Positions 8,771 through 17,901 of a stretch of 64,000 nt of DNA are shown piece after piece. The translations under genes and the position numbers were made by a program. Below the pieces are notes generated by a model. The model was given only the letters and a program-made list of their open reading frames with translations. It ran no database searches and was not told the origin of the DNA. The DNA is from an uncultured archaeon (GTDB lineage Archaea > Thermoproteota > Nitrososphaeria > Nitrososphaerales > Gagatemarchaeaceae), in assembly GCA_963799775.1 (NCBI GenBank), contig CAWCYD010000003.1:1760001-1824000 (forward strand). The letters run 5' to 3'. How positions within the stretch are numbered: the stretch's first letter is position 1; every line of letters begins with the position of its first letter.

Positions 8771-9299
8771 ATGGGGGGTCCACGGAGCCAACTATAGAGC
8801 TGCGAAGTCCATGTTCTACAACAAGAAGTTCGCCCCCGGCACCCCCAATCCCAAGGTCGCGAGGTTCACCACAGGCAAGTTCAGGGGCGATTACGATTAC
8901 AAGCTTGAGCTAGTCGCTACGACCCGGCTCCAGATAAGGAGCAACGCACTTGAGGCCGCGAGGGTGGCGGCCAGCAAGAAGCTCACCCTCGTCGGCGAGG
9001 ACAACTTCTACCTTCGGGTGGTCTCGTATCCTTTTGTCGTCATGCGGGAGAACAAGATGATCGCCACGGCGGGCGCAGACAGGCTCCAGGAGGGGATGCG
9101 CAAGGCCTTCGGCAAGCCCATAGGCGTCGCGGCAAGGGTCTACATCGGCAGCGTCATCTTGGACGTCCTGGTCAAAGCCGAGAACCTGGACAAGGCAAAG
9201 GCCGCGATGAAGGCGGCGACGACCAAGCTGCCACTGAAGTACAAGGTGGTCGTAACTCCATTAGAGAAGAAGGTCGAAGCGGAAGCGGCGGCTGTTTGA
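8771..9299 (+). CDS. rpl10e: 50S ribosomal protein L10e (uL16)
   Basis: QIRSNALEAARV, RENKMIATAGADRLQEGMRKAFGKP; likely start ATG 8771 after GAGGTG with one extra G in a G6 run. Confidence 0.95.
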
Positions 9300-10336
9300 C
9301 TGTCAAGATAGACACCGAGCGGGTCTTCAACCTAATCGAGGAAAAGCACCCGACCAAGATCATCCTCAACGCGCCAGGAGGCCTCCTGCTGCAGACGATG
9401 GACCTCATGCGCGTCATCGAGCTCAAGTACGGCGTCCCCTGTGTGCTCGTCGGGGACAGTTGTTTCGGGATCTGCGACACGGTGGACAACGAGGTGGAGA
9501 AGCTGGGGGCGAGCATGGCGCTCCACATCGGTCACAACGCCTCGGTCCAGGAGGTCGGAGACTACACGTATCTCGTCGATGCGAAGGACGACATCAAGTT
9601 CGAGTCCGTCGTGCAGAGGTCGATTCCGTTACTCTCGAAATACAGGCGGATAGGGCTGGCGACCTTCAGCCAGCATCTTGATGAGCTCGAGCCCGTCAAG
9701 AAGCAGTTGGAAGAAGCTGGCTTCGAGGTTCTCCTCGGGAGGAAGAACAACCTCCTCCTGGCGAGCCAGACGTTCGGCTGCGACTTCTCCACCGTCTTCG
9801 AGAACACGGAGAAGGTCGACGCCTTTTGCTACTTGGGCCAGAGCGAGTTCCACGCGGCGGGCGTCGCGACGGCGACAGGAAAGCCCACGTTCCTGCTGGA
9901 CCCCTACCTCGAGGAGATGCGCGACATGAAGGAGGAGGTGGAGGAGAGGCAGAAGAGGGCGATACTCGCCGTCTACAAGGCCCTCGACGCGAAGGTCTTC
10001 GGCGTGGTCACCGGGTTGAAGGAGGGGCAGATGATGCTGGGGCGCTCGAATTGGATCACGAACAGGCTGCGGGCGCACGGGAAGAAGGTCGTGCGACTGG
10101 CGATGCGGGACATCACGCCCGACAGATTGGCGCAATACACGCACATCGAGGCGTTCGTCCAGACGGCCTGCCCGAGGATCTCCATAGATGGGTTCACGTT
10201 CAGCAAGCCCGTCCTCTCAATCCCCCAGGCGGACGCGCTGGTGGGGCTGCTAGAGGGGAGGGAGATGAAGGACTTTTTACACAGGCCCAAATGGATAGAG
10301 CTCACGGTAGGACAGATTCCGAGGAGATCGAGATGA
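9296..10336 (+). CDS. dph2: Diphthamide biosynthesis enzyme Dph2
   Basis: CFGICD, HIGH, FGCD, TACPRISID motifs. Confidence 0.93.
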   Translation: MTVKIDTERVFNLIEEKHPTKIILNAPGGLLLQTMDLMRVIELKYGVPCVLVGDSCFGICDTVDNEVEKLGASMALHIGHNASVQEVGDYTYLVDAKDDIKFESVVQRSIPLLSKYRRIGLATFSQHLDELEPVKKQLEEAGFEVLLGRKNNLLLASQTFGCDFSTVFENTEKVDAFCYLGQSEFHAAGVATATGKPTFLLDPYLEEMRDMKEEVEERQKRAILAVYKALDAKVFGVVTGLKEGQMMLGRSNWITNRLRAHGKKVVRLAMRDITPDRLAQYTHIEAFVQTACPRISIDGFTFSKPVLSIPQADALVGLLEGREMKDFLHRPKWIELTVGQIPRRSR

Positions 10337-10910
10337 GCAAACCTGCTACGGGCGCGAAGAAGGTCGTATTGCCAGGGGATTTCTTAGCATATCCGGAGGA
10401 GTTCGTCCCCGGGAGCAACGCCTACGAGGAGTCGGACTCTATCAGGGCATCCATGTCAGGCGTGGTCGAGAATGGACCTCTCGAAGAGAGAGGTTGCCGT
10501 CAAGCCTGTCGTGGTCGCCAAGGTTCCCAGAGTGGGGGACGTGGTCGTGGGCCAGGTCGAGGCGGCGATGACGAGCACCGCTGGCGTGAGGATTACCTAT
10601 CTGAACGGCGAGGAGGTATTGAAGGGCTTCCCGGGAACGATTTTCACGCGATCGGAGCGCGGAGGGAGAGGGGAGCGGATGGACCTACGTCAAGCTCGCC
10701 GACGTCGTCAGGGCGAGGGTCGCGAGCACCTTGAACGGGATGAACCAGCTGTCGATCGACGAGCCCCATATGGGCGTGCTCGCTGCGCTGTGCACGGTGT
10801 GCGGCACCCCGCTTCCCAGAGGCGATGGGAGGGCGAGGTGCGAGAACTGCGGGAATGTCGAGGAGAGGAAGTTCGCCGACGACTTCGGGACCGCGAACAT
10901 CAAGCCGTAG
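10333..10910 (+). CDS. csl4: Exosome subunit Csl4 (two frameshifts)
   Basis: VVLPGDFLA..EEF.PG, PRVGDVVVGQV, C-terminal CTVC..CENCGNVEERKFADDF in different frames. Confidence 0.88.
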
Positions 10911-10996
10911 ACTTTCCGGTCTTCCTGATTATCCGGCCACGAGTGGACGATTCAACAGAAGTTTATTAACATCCGAAAAGGGCCGCTTCGAAAGCC

Positions 10997-11284
10997 ATGC
11001 AGGTCCAGGTCTCTCGTAAGGAGGACAGGGAGTTCACGGTCGAGGTGACCGGAGAGGACTACTCTCTCGCCGAGATCGTGCACCACGAGCTGCTCGAGGA
11101 GAAGAACGTGACCTTCGCAGGCGTCCTTCCGCCCCACCCGCTCATCAAGAAGCTCGTCGTCAAGGTGCGCGCCCAGAGGATCAAGCCCGAGAAGGCCTTC
11201 CTTGCGAGCCTTGAGAGGGCGCAGGCCAACTCGAGGGAGCTGCTGGACGCTGTGAACAAGGCCACAAGCGGTGGTTCCGAGTGA
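10997..11284 (+). CDS. rpoL: RNA polymerase subunit Rpo11 (RpoL)
   Basis: GEDYSLA...VTFAG..PHPL. Confidence 0.92.
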   Translation: MQVQVSRKEDREFTVEVTGEDYSLAEIVHHELLEEKNVTFAGVLPPHPLIKKLVVKVRAQRIKPEKAFLASLERAQANSRELLDAVNKATSGGSE

Positions 11285-11628
11285 AGTTCTGTCCAAAGTG
11301 TGGCACCCGACTAAAGCTCAAACAAGTGAAAGGGGAGAAGGGAGGGGCCATGATAACCCTGCTCTGCGATAACTGCGGCTACTCCGACAAGGCCGGCAAG
11401 ACGGTGACACAGGCCACCGAGGAGGAGCTCACCGACCTCCCGACCATCAAGGTCGTGGGGGAGAAGGAGAGCAAGCTGTCCACGCTTCCGACCACAAAGA
11501 TCGAGTGCCCGAAGTGCGGCCACGACGAGGCCAACTGGTGGTTCTTGCAGACACGCAGCGGGGACGAGCCGCCTACCCAGTTCTACAGGTGCCTGAAATG
11601 CAACCACACCTGGAGAAGCTACTCGTAG
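11281..11628 (+). CDS. tfs: Transcription factor S
   Basis: MKFCPKCG; CPKCGH..QTRSGDEPPTQFYRC. Confidence 0.95.
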   Translation: MKFCPKCGTRLKLKQVKGEKGGAMITLLCDNCGYSDKAGKTVTQATEEELTDLPTIKVVGEKESKLSTLPTTKIECPKCGHDEANWWFLQTRSGDEPPTQFYRCLKCNHTWRSYS

Positions 11629-11644
11629 CTGCTGAGGTTCCTTC

Positions 11645-12229
11645 CTAATACTCGTCGGTCGACACAGGGACTGCCTGCTTGCCTGCTATCATCACCTGAG
11701 CGTTCCCCGCTGGCAGCCTGGCCACGTCGTTGACCTCGAACGGCCCGTACCTCTTCAGGTCGGTCCCCATTATCTCCCCCACCCTCTTTGACATCCTCAC
11801 GGTGGTCATCCTTTGCATCTCCCTCCGTTGGAGGAGGGCGAAGAAAGACGATTGGCCGTCCACGACAGCCTTCACGAACCTCTCCTCCTTCTTGCCTAGC
11901 TGCCTGAGGACGAGGTCCACATATCGCTCCTCTGGCAGCAGGTTCCTGGATTGGTTCGCCGGCCTCGATTCTTCGGGGAGCGTCGACGCCTTCTCGGCCT
12001 TCTTCATGCGGACCTCGAGCAGCCTCCGGGTCATCACCTCGATGAGCCAGAGCTGCTTCTTCGCCAGCCTGCTCGAGGCGTCCTCCCCGACGCCCCAGGT
12101 CGCCCGGAGCTTCTGGGCGTAGCTGGCCAGCCTGACATAGGTGTCGGAGGGGATGACCGTGAGCTCGTCGGTCGCCTCTTCAAGCTCCACCAGCCTGCCG
12201 AGCCGCTCTATGGTCGATTCGTTCTCCAT
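11645..12229 (-). CDS. gins51: GINS subunit, Gins51 type
   Basis: Helical A domain, LLPEE, C-terminal YGPF..DVARLP..NA; directly downstream of priS. Confidence 0.8.
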   Translation of the reverse strand: MENESTIERLGRLVELEEATDELTVIPSDTYVRLASYAQKLRATWGVGEDASSRLAKKQLWLIEVMTRRLLEVRMKKAEKASTLPEESRPANQSRNLLPEERYVDLVLRQLGKKEERFVKAVVDGQSSFFALLQRREMQRMTTVRMSKRVGEIMGTDLKRYGPFEVNDVARLPAGNAQVMIAGKQAVPVSTDEY

Positions 12230-13312
12230 CTACTCTGCCACCTTGGCCAGTCCCTTGGTCATCATGTAGACGGCCGCGTAGAGGGGCACCTCCGCCTCTT
12301 CGGCCGAGTAAGGTCCGAAGGTTCTGCCTTTCAGCGTGAACACAGGTGAACCCTGCACGAAGACCGCGGTCGCCTCTTCGCCCAGGAATACCGGGTCGTA
12401 GTCAGGCCTGAAGGCCTGCAGGTCGTGGACCCTGATCTTCAGCAAACCGGAGTTGCCGTGCAACGTCCCCGGCATCCGAAATATCCTGTGTATATCGGTT
12501 GTGACCGACTCGTCGATTCTCGAGCTGAACGCGTTGATGAGCGTCTCCAGCCTCTGCGACTGGGTGTTTCCCAGCGTCGATATCCTTCCGGCCCATCCTG
12601 CAGGGAGATTGTCGGAGACGTGTGGACGCACCAGGCCTGTCCCCTTCATGTAGTTCGCCACCTGGGCGCGCGCGGAGGGGTCCATCGCCTCGAACCTCTC
12701 GTCTTTCACGTGCAGGTGATAACCTCTGTTTCCGGAGAAGTAGACGCTGACCTTGTCGCTAGAGACCCCAAAGTCGTTCTTGAGGAAGCTGAGGAGGCGT
12801 GAGACGTGCTCCTTCGCGGCGGCCAAGCACACGGCGCAGCTCCAGTGCAGCTGGACCATGTTCGTCCCCTCGCACTTTGAGCAGCGGGGCGGCCTCTCCG
12901 CGGACTTCATTATCTTGCCGCAGCTCTTGCAAGCCCAGAAGCTGTGCTTCGCCCTGCAGGGGGTGGGGATGTCGTTCGCGTCGATGTCGAAGATGAGCTC
13001 GGCCCCCTTCCATCCCTTCTCGTCCATCGGCAACGTCGGGTCGGAGTACACCCCGTTGGAGCAGAAGACAGAGGAAGGAGCCTGCTTGACGAGGTCGGCG
13101 GCCAGCTCCCCGAAGGACTTGTAGGAGAGGTGCCTGATCATCCCCTTGCCGAACGGGATGTAGCCGAACTCCCTGTTCTGGATCATCGTCGGCGGCTCGA
13201 CGTCGCCGTTGTGCTTGAAGTAGTGCTCGCGGAAGGTCTTGCGAAGGAAGGCCGTAGTCTTCTCGTCCGTCTGGGATGGGCTGCTCTCGGGCTTGGTGCT
13301 GCTCACGGACAA
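12230..13312 (-). CDS. priS: DNA primase small subunit
   Basis: REFG, ELIFDID, FSGNRGYH, IDESVTTDIHRIFRMPGTLH; start taken as TTG 13312. Confidence 0.95.
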   Translation of the reverse strand: MSVSSTKPESSPSQTDEKTTAFLRKTFREHYFKHNGDVEPPTMIQNREFGYIPFGKGMIRHLSYKSFGELAADLVKQAPSSVFCSNGVYSDPTLPMDEKGWKGAELIFDIDANDIPTPCRAKHSFWACKSCGKIMKSAERPPRCSKCEGTNMVQLHWSCAVCLAAAKEHVSRLLSFLKNDFGVSSDKVSVYFSGNRGYHLHVKDERFEAMDPSARAQVANYMKGTGLVRPHVSDNLPAGWAGRISTLGNTQSQRLETLINAFSSRIDESVTTDIHRIFRMPGTLHGNSGLLKIRVHDLQAFRPDYDPVFLGEEATAVFVQGSPVFTLKGRTFGPYSAEEAEVPLYAAVYMMTKGLAKVAE

Positions 13313-13407
13313 CTGGGCGCTTTCGTAGCAGGGTCGATTATAAGATTGGTGAGTCGGTTGGCAAGAATTAATTGGCACCCTTCCATTCGATTCGATCCGC
13401 AGATTTC

Positions 13408-13992
13408 ATGAGATATAGGTCGAGGGTGCTCCTTTCCGCTTTGGGGGTAATCATATTGGTCGCTGCGGTCGGGTTGGGATACTATGCAATCTCATCAGGG
13501 CAGCATGTGAAGAGCACGGTATCCACCTCGTTCACATCGACAACTTCGTCAGTGCGAAATTCAACCACAAGTTCGGTTCTGCTCGTCACGGGAACCAGTG
13601 TTGACACACAGAATGACACGTTTCTAACTTCGTGTTTCCCCTCCGGTGGCGGTGGCTTCGAGTTCCGGATAATCTCCGACTCGACGAACGAGACGATACT
13701 TCAAGGGTTGTCGGTCAATGCTGTCGCCCAGACCGGGTGCAGTCTCAACGGCCAGCCGCCAGAGATTCAGATGGTGTACCTGAACAACTTCTCCGTCGGA
13801 GCTGGAGGATGGCTTACACCCATTTCTCCTCCACAAGCCTCAACACTGGGAAATCTCAGTTTTGTCGTGGCATATCAGGGAAAGACGTATGATTTTTCGT
13901 CAAGCGTTCCGCCTGTGGGATCGAATTGCACCACTCTTTCCGTTCCTTCGGGTGATGTGAGCACGGTATTCACAATGAACGGTCCTTGCTAG
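13408..13992 (+). CDS. Membrane-anchored Ser/Thr-rich secreted protein
   Basis: N-terminal TM, S/T linker, 4 Cys; lies between priS and PCNA. Confidence 0.8.
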   Translation: MRYRSRVLLSALGVIILVAAVGLGYYAISSGQHVKSTVSTSFTSTTSSVRNSTTSSVLLVTGTSVDTQNDTFLTSCFPSGGGGFEFRIISDSTNETILQGLSVNAVAQTGCSLNGQPPEIQMVYLNNFSVGAGGWLTPISPPQASTLGNLSFVVAYQGKTYDFSSSVPPVGSNCTTLSVPSGDVSTVFTMNGPC

Positions 13993-14076
13993 TGAACAAG
14001 TGGTCTCGGGCACCGCGTGGGGCGACCAATCTTTATCTATCCTCGATGGACCACAGCAAAGGCGAACATCTCAAGC

Positions 14077-14832
14077 ATGTTTTTTGCTAAATCCGCGGGC
14101 AGCACGGAATGGAAGGCGGTCGCTTCTGCCATCAAGACCCTCGTGGAGGAAGCCACATTCGAGATAAGCCCTGAGGGATTGATCTTCCGGGCCATGGACC
14201 CTTCTCACATAGCCCTCGTCGACCTCAACTGGCCTTCGGTTGCATTCGAGAAGTTCAACGTCGACAAGGCGACGAAGTTCACGGTCCGGGTGGAGGACTT
14301 TGTGAAGCTGATCTCCAGGACGGACGCCAAGGACAGCATCGAGATCGCATCGGGGGAGGACGACGCCGTGACGCTCCGGATAATGAATGGGTACAAGCGC
14401 GAGTTCAAGATCCATCTGATCGAGACGACCCCGGGGACAGCGCCGCTCCCAAAGCTGGAGTTCGACGTGAAGCTGTCGATGGCGAAGAACGTCTTTGAGA
14501 AGATCCTGGGCGACATCTCGGTCGTCGCTGACCAGGTCATGATATCCTCTCTGAAGGAAGGCGTCTCTTTCTCAGGCAAGAGCGACACCGGCGCCGCGAC
14601 AATACAGCTCGACAAGGGAGGGGCCGAGCTGCTAGAGCTCGACGTGAAGCAAGAGGCCAAGGCAAGTTACAATATTGACTACATTGCAAACATGAGTCGG
14701 GCCGTGGGCTCGGCGGCTGACGTCGTCACTCTCGAGTACGCGTCCAAGAAACCAACAAGACTTGAGTTTAGGCTCAACGAACAAGGTGCGAGGATATTCT
14801 ACTTTTTAGCGCCGCGTATCTCTGAGCAATAG
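14077..14832 (+). CDS. pcn: Sliding clamp PCNA
   Basis: RAMDPSHIALVD, C-terminal YFLAPR. Confidence 0.96.
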   Translation: MFFAKSAGSTEWKAVASAIKTLVEEATFEISPEGLIFRAMDPSHIALVDLNWPSVAFEKFNVDKATKFTVRVEDFVKLISRTDAKDSIEIASGEDDAVTLRIMNGYKREFKIHLIETTPGTAPLPKLEFDVKLSMAKNVFEKILGDISVVADQVMISSLKEGVSFSGKSDTGAATIQLDKGGAELLELDVKQEAKASYNIDYIANMSRAVGSAADVVTLEYASKKPTRLEFRLNEQGARIFYFLAPRISEQ

Positions 14833-14947
14833 CCTCTTTTACGCCTAATTAAGCTAATAATACCTTATTTGTTGCTTCCCGGCCATTATTCAGCTCCGTC
14901 ATCTGGAGGTGTGTAACGTGGGCGCTTAAGTTGCACGTGTGTTTAAC

Positions 14948-15548
14948 ATGGCATTGAGGATCCCGTTAGAGACATACCTGAATGGAGGCACAAGCAAGGT
15001 CTTCTCGTTGGTCGCTTCGGTCCCGTTCTCCCCGATTGACATCGACCTCAGCCTTCTCGCCAGAGGCGAGTGGAACGCGTTCTGCGACAGGTTTCGAATC
15101 TGGTATCTTCCCGGCATCGACGGACAAAACGAAAAGCCTGTCAGCTATGTCATGGTGAGGAAGTTTGACCCGGAACAGGGAGTGCTCATGTTCGCGCACA
15201 TCGTGATGAACCTTGACCCGGTGGCGACGGAGAGAGGCCCGGTCTCCAACTTCACGGTGGGAATACTGTGCAATGACGAGGTCAAGGCACGGTCCGTCCT
15301 GGGAGCGATGTTGGATGGTCCCTCCGATTTTTCACAAGAGGTCGGAGATCACTCTGCTTGAAAGAAGGTGGAGGACCGACCCAGAGACCGTCGCACGCTT
15401 TGCCGCGAACGTCTTCGCCGCCAAGTCGAGCATGATGCCTGGAGACAAGGTCTACAAGCTGACGGTTGAGCCTCCTGCAGATTTCATGGCGAAGATTAAC
15501 TCAGGGCTCGACAGCTGGTGGGTCGACAAGAATCAGCCGGGAGTTTGA
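14948..15548 (+). CDS. Hypothetical protein, probably one gene with a frameshift near 15330
   Basis: Two overlapping ORFs joined at a T5 run. Confidence 0.5.
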
Positions 15549-15553
15549 TTGGA

Positions 15554-16319
15554 AGCCGGGCGATGATGAACATGTGACATCGGAGTGTCCATTCTGCAAG
15601 ATTACGAATGGCGCGCCCTAGTGTCCATCTAGGCCCGGCAGCTTTTCTAACGGCCGGCTGAGACTGATAAGGTTTGTTTGTGATTTTTCTGGATATTGAT
15701 TCTTGGAAGAGATTCGCGTTGGTTTTTGCGGGACCACGGGAGTGCTCTTGTGGATGCATTCATCGTGCTTTCCTCGCGACGTGTTGCAGTTTGCGCAGAG
15801 TAGTTGGAATCCGGAAGGAAAGCCTTCCTTGACAAGCCATCTCTGCATTCTATAGCCTCCGGCGTTTATCTTTCCGAAAATCTCTCGGCGGTGCTTGTTG
15901 CCATTACCGTTGATGTGATCTATCACTAGGAAGTCTTGCTCTGATTCGCCGCAGCAAGCACATTTGAAGGTGTTATTGGAATAATGGCCGAACACCTCTC
16001 GTCTGAGATTCTCTCGCCATCGGTAATAGACATATTTTTTCAGTTCACGATAGTAAACCGGGTCTCCGGCAATGAATCGCTCGTCTATGAGACGTCTTTG
16101 TTCTGGGTGTTTTTTTCTCCAATTCAAGTTGTATGCGTATCGGGCGAACTGTCGGCAATCGCTACAATATTTTTGCGGCCCGCTTGTCGGCTGATATTCT
16201 TGTTTGCATCGAATGCAGATTCGAGGATTAGGCGGGACGCCTTTCGTCATTTAGGTTTCTGCTTGTTAAGCATTGACCATGCTTTTAATCGCCCATGAGG
16301 AAATTCGAGCCACCCGGCT
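15554..16319 (-). ncRNA. Candidate structured RNA whose halves enclose the HNH ORF
   Basis: AGCCGGGTGG pairs with TCGCCCGGCT; four internal hairpins; G-U pairs favour the minus strand. Confidence 0.45.
15618..16250 (-). CDS. HNH endonuclease with N-terminal Zn finger
   Basis: CIRC..YCSDC; CACCGE...LVIDHINGNG...LLCANCN; AT-richer than neighbours. Confidence 0.85.
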   Translation of the reverse strand: MTKGVPPNPRICIRCKQEYQPTSGPQKYCSDCRQFARYAYNLNWRKKHPEQRRLIDERFIAGDPVYYRELKKYVYYRWRENLRREVFGHYSNNTFKCACCGESEQDFLVIDHINGNGNKHRREIFGKINAGGYRMQRWLVKEGFPSGFQLLCANCNTSRGKHDECIHKSTPVVPQKPTRISSKNQYPEKSQTNLISLSRPLEKLPGLDGH

Positions 16320-16386
16320 GTTCTTACTCGCGAAGGGGTGACTACCATCCTTTTAAAGAGGAGTGAATCCGGGCGTTCGGCTTCGG

Positions 16387-16665
16387 TTGAAAATCCCCAA
16401 GGAACTTAATACAAATTGTCCATTTTGTAAAAAGCACACCGTCCATTCAATCTCCCTCTACAAGAAAGGGAAGGAGAGGGCATCTTCATGGGGAGCCAGG
16501 AGGCAGGCGGGCAGGAAGCGTGGGTACGGAGGCCAGAAATTCCCTGAGTTGATCAGGACGGCGAAGACCACTAAAAAAGCGACCCTCAAGCTCAAATGCA
16601 AGGAATGCAACAAGGAATCTATGCGCAAGGGCATCCGATTGAGAAAGGCGGAGATAGTGGCATGA
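16387..16665 (+). CDS. rpl44e: 50S ribosomal protein L44e
   Basis: CPFCKKHT, GYGGQ, KTTKK..LKCKEC. Confidence 0.95.
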   Translation: MKIPKELNTNCPFCKKHTVHSISLYKKGKERASSWGARRQAGRKRGYGGQKFPELIRTAKTTKKATLKLKCKECNKESMRKGIRLRKAEIVA

Positions 16666-16859
16666 AGAGAGAGCGCGAGTTCATCCCAAAGCCCAGGAGC
16701 AGCTTCCTTCTTGTAAAGTGCCCCGACTGCGGGGAGGAGAGGCCGATGTTCTCGGCGTCCACGAGGGACGTGACCTGTAGGGGCTGCGGAAGGAAGCTCG
16801 CCAGCAAGACCGGGGGGAAGGTAGATGTCGACGCCCCGGTAGTCAAGAGACTGGACTAG
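16662..16859 (+). CDS. rps27e: 30S ribosomal protein S27e
   Basis: PKPRSSFLLVKCPDC..C..C..TGGK. Confidence 0.95.
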   Translation: MKREREFIPKPRSSFLLVKCPDCGEERPMFSASTRDVTCRGCGRKLASKTGGKVDVDAPVVKRLD

Positions 16860-16905
16860 GCTTTTAACCGGCCTCTCAGGCGAACCTCACAGAGAGGGAC
16901 CACAT

Positions 16906-17706
16906 TTGGAGACAAGCGAGCTACCCGAACGAGGAGACATCGTCCTCTGCACTGTCAGGGAGATAACCTCCCACGGCATCTACGTGGACCTCGACGAGTA
17001 CAACGGCACGAACGGATTCCTCCACATCTCGGAAATCTCCACGGGATGGGTGAGGAACATCGACAGGGTCGCGAAGGTGGGTCAGAAGCTCGTCCTGAAG
17101 GTGGTGAGGGCGGAGAAGTCCAGGCGCGAGGTCGACCTCTCGCTCAGGCAGGTCACCAACGAGGAGCGGCGGAACAAGCTCATCGAGTGGAAGCAGAAGG
17201 AGAAGGCGGTGACCATCCTCTCCATGGTGAAGAAGAAGCTCGGCATGGACGACAAGCGGTTCTCGGAGACCGTGGTGAAGCTCCAGGACGGGTACGGCAC
17301 CCTCTACGAGGCCCTCGAGGACGCGTCGAAGCGAGGGGAGAAGACGTTCGCGTCGATGGAGCTGCCGGCCGAACTCGTGAACGAGCTGGTTACCGCTGCG
17401 AAGGAGAAGATCGCATCGCCAAAGTACGAGGTGGGGAGCATAGTGGAGATGAGCTCCACCGCGCCCGACGGCATCGTCCAGATCAAGAAGGCGCTCGCCG
17501 CGGGGCTCAACGCTTCCTCAGTGGCCGAGATCAAGATGACATACGTCGGAGCCCCCCGCTACAGGGTGAGGGTGACCGCCGACGACTACAAGCAAGCCGA
17601 CAAGGTGATGGGCTCGGTCCTCCAGAAGATGGAGGAGTCCATAGGCAAGCACGGCAGCTTCACGAGCAAGAGGGAGATGTCGAGGAAGTACGGCGGCGGG
17701 GCCTGA
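16906..17706 (+). CDS. eif2a: Translation initiation factor 2 alpha
   Basis: S1 domain FLHISEISTGWVRNI, VDLSLRQV, GAPRYR. Confidence 0.95.
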   Translation: METSELPERGDIVLCTVREITSHGIYVDLDEYNGTNGFLHISEISTGWVRNIDRVAKVGQKLVLKVVRAEKSRREVDLSLRQVTNEERRNKLIEWKQKEKAVTILSMVKKKLGMDDKRFSETVVKLQDGYGTLYEALEDASKRGEKTFASMELPAELVNELVTAAKEKIASPKYEVGSIVEMSSTAPDGIVQIKKALAAGLNASSVAEIKMTYVGAPRYRVRVTADDYKQADKVMGSVLQKMEESIGKHGSFTSKREMSRKYGGGA

Positions 17707-17709
17707 CCG

Positions 17710-17892
17710 ATGAAGAACCTGCTGCTCAAGTGCCCAAAGTGCCACAGATACACCATGGAGGCGAAGTGCCCTCAGTGCGGAGAGGCTACTGTGATGGCTG
17801 CGCCCGCCAAGTACTCTCCCGACGACAAGTATGCGCGATTGAGGAGCCCTCTCGCGTACCAGACCCCAGAGACGGAGAAGGCCTCGAGTTAG
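17710..17892 (+). CDS. nop10: H/ACA RNP protein Nop10
   Basis: CPKC.RYT...CP.CG...PAKYSPDDKY. Confidence 0.93.
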   Translation: MKNLLLKCPKCHRYTMEAKCPQCGEATVMAAPAKYSPDDKYARLRSPLAYQTPETEKASS

Positions 17893-17901
17893 CCTAGCCG
17901 T

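Noticed and set aside
16294-16320. RNase P RNA (GAGGAAA motif) or plus-strand C/D box / TIGR-like RNA with 15563 ATGATGA
   Set aside because: No P4 partner, no periodic array or Nop-domain protein, and wobble pairs favour the minus strand
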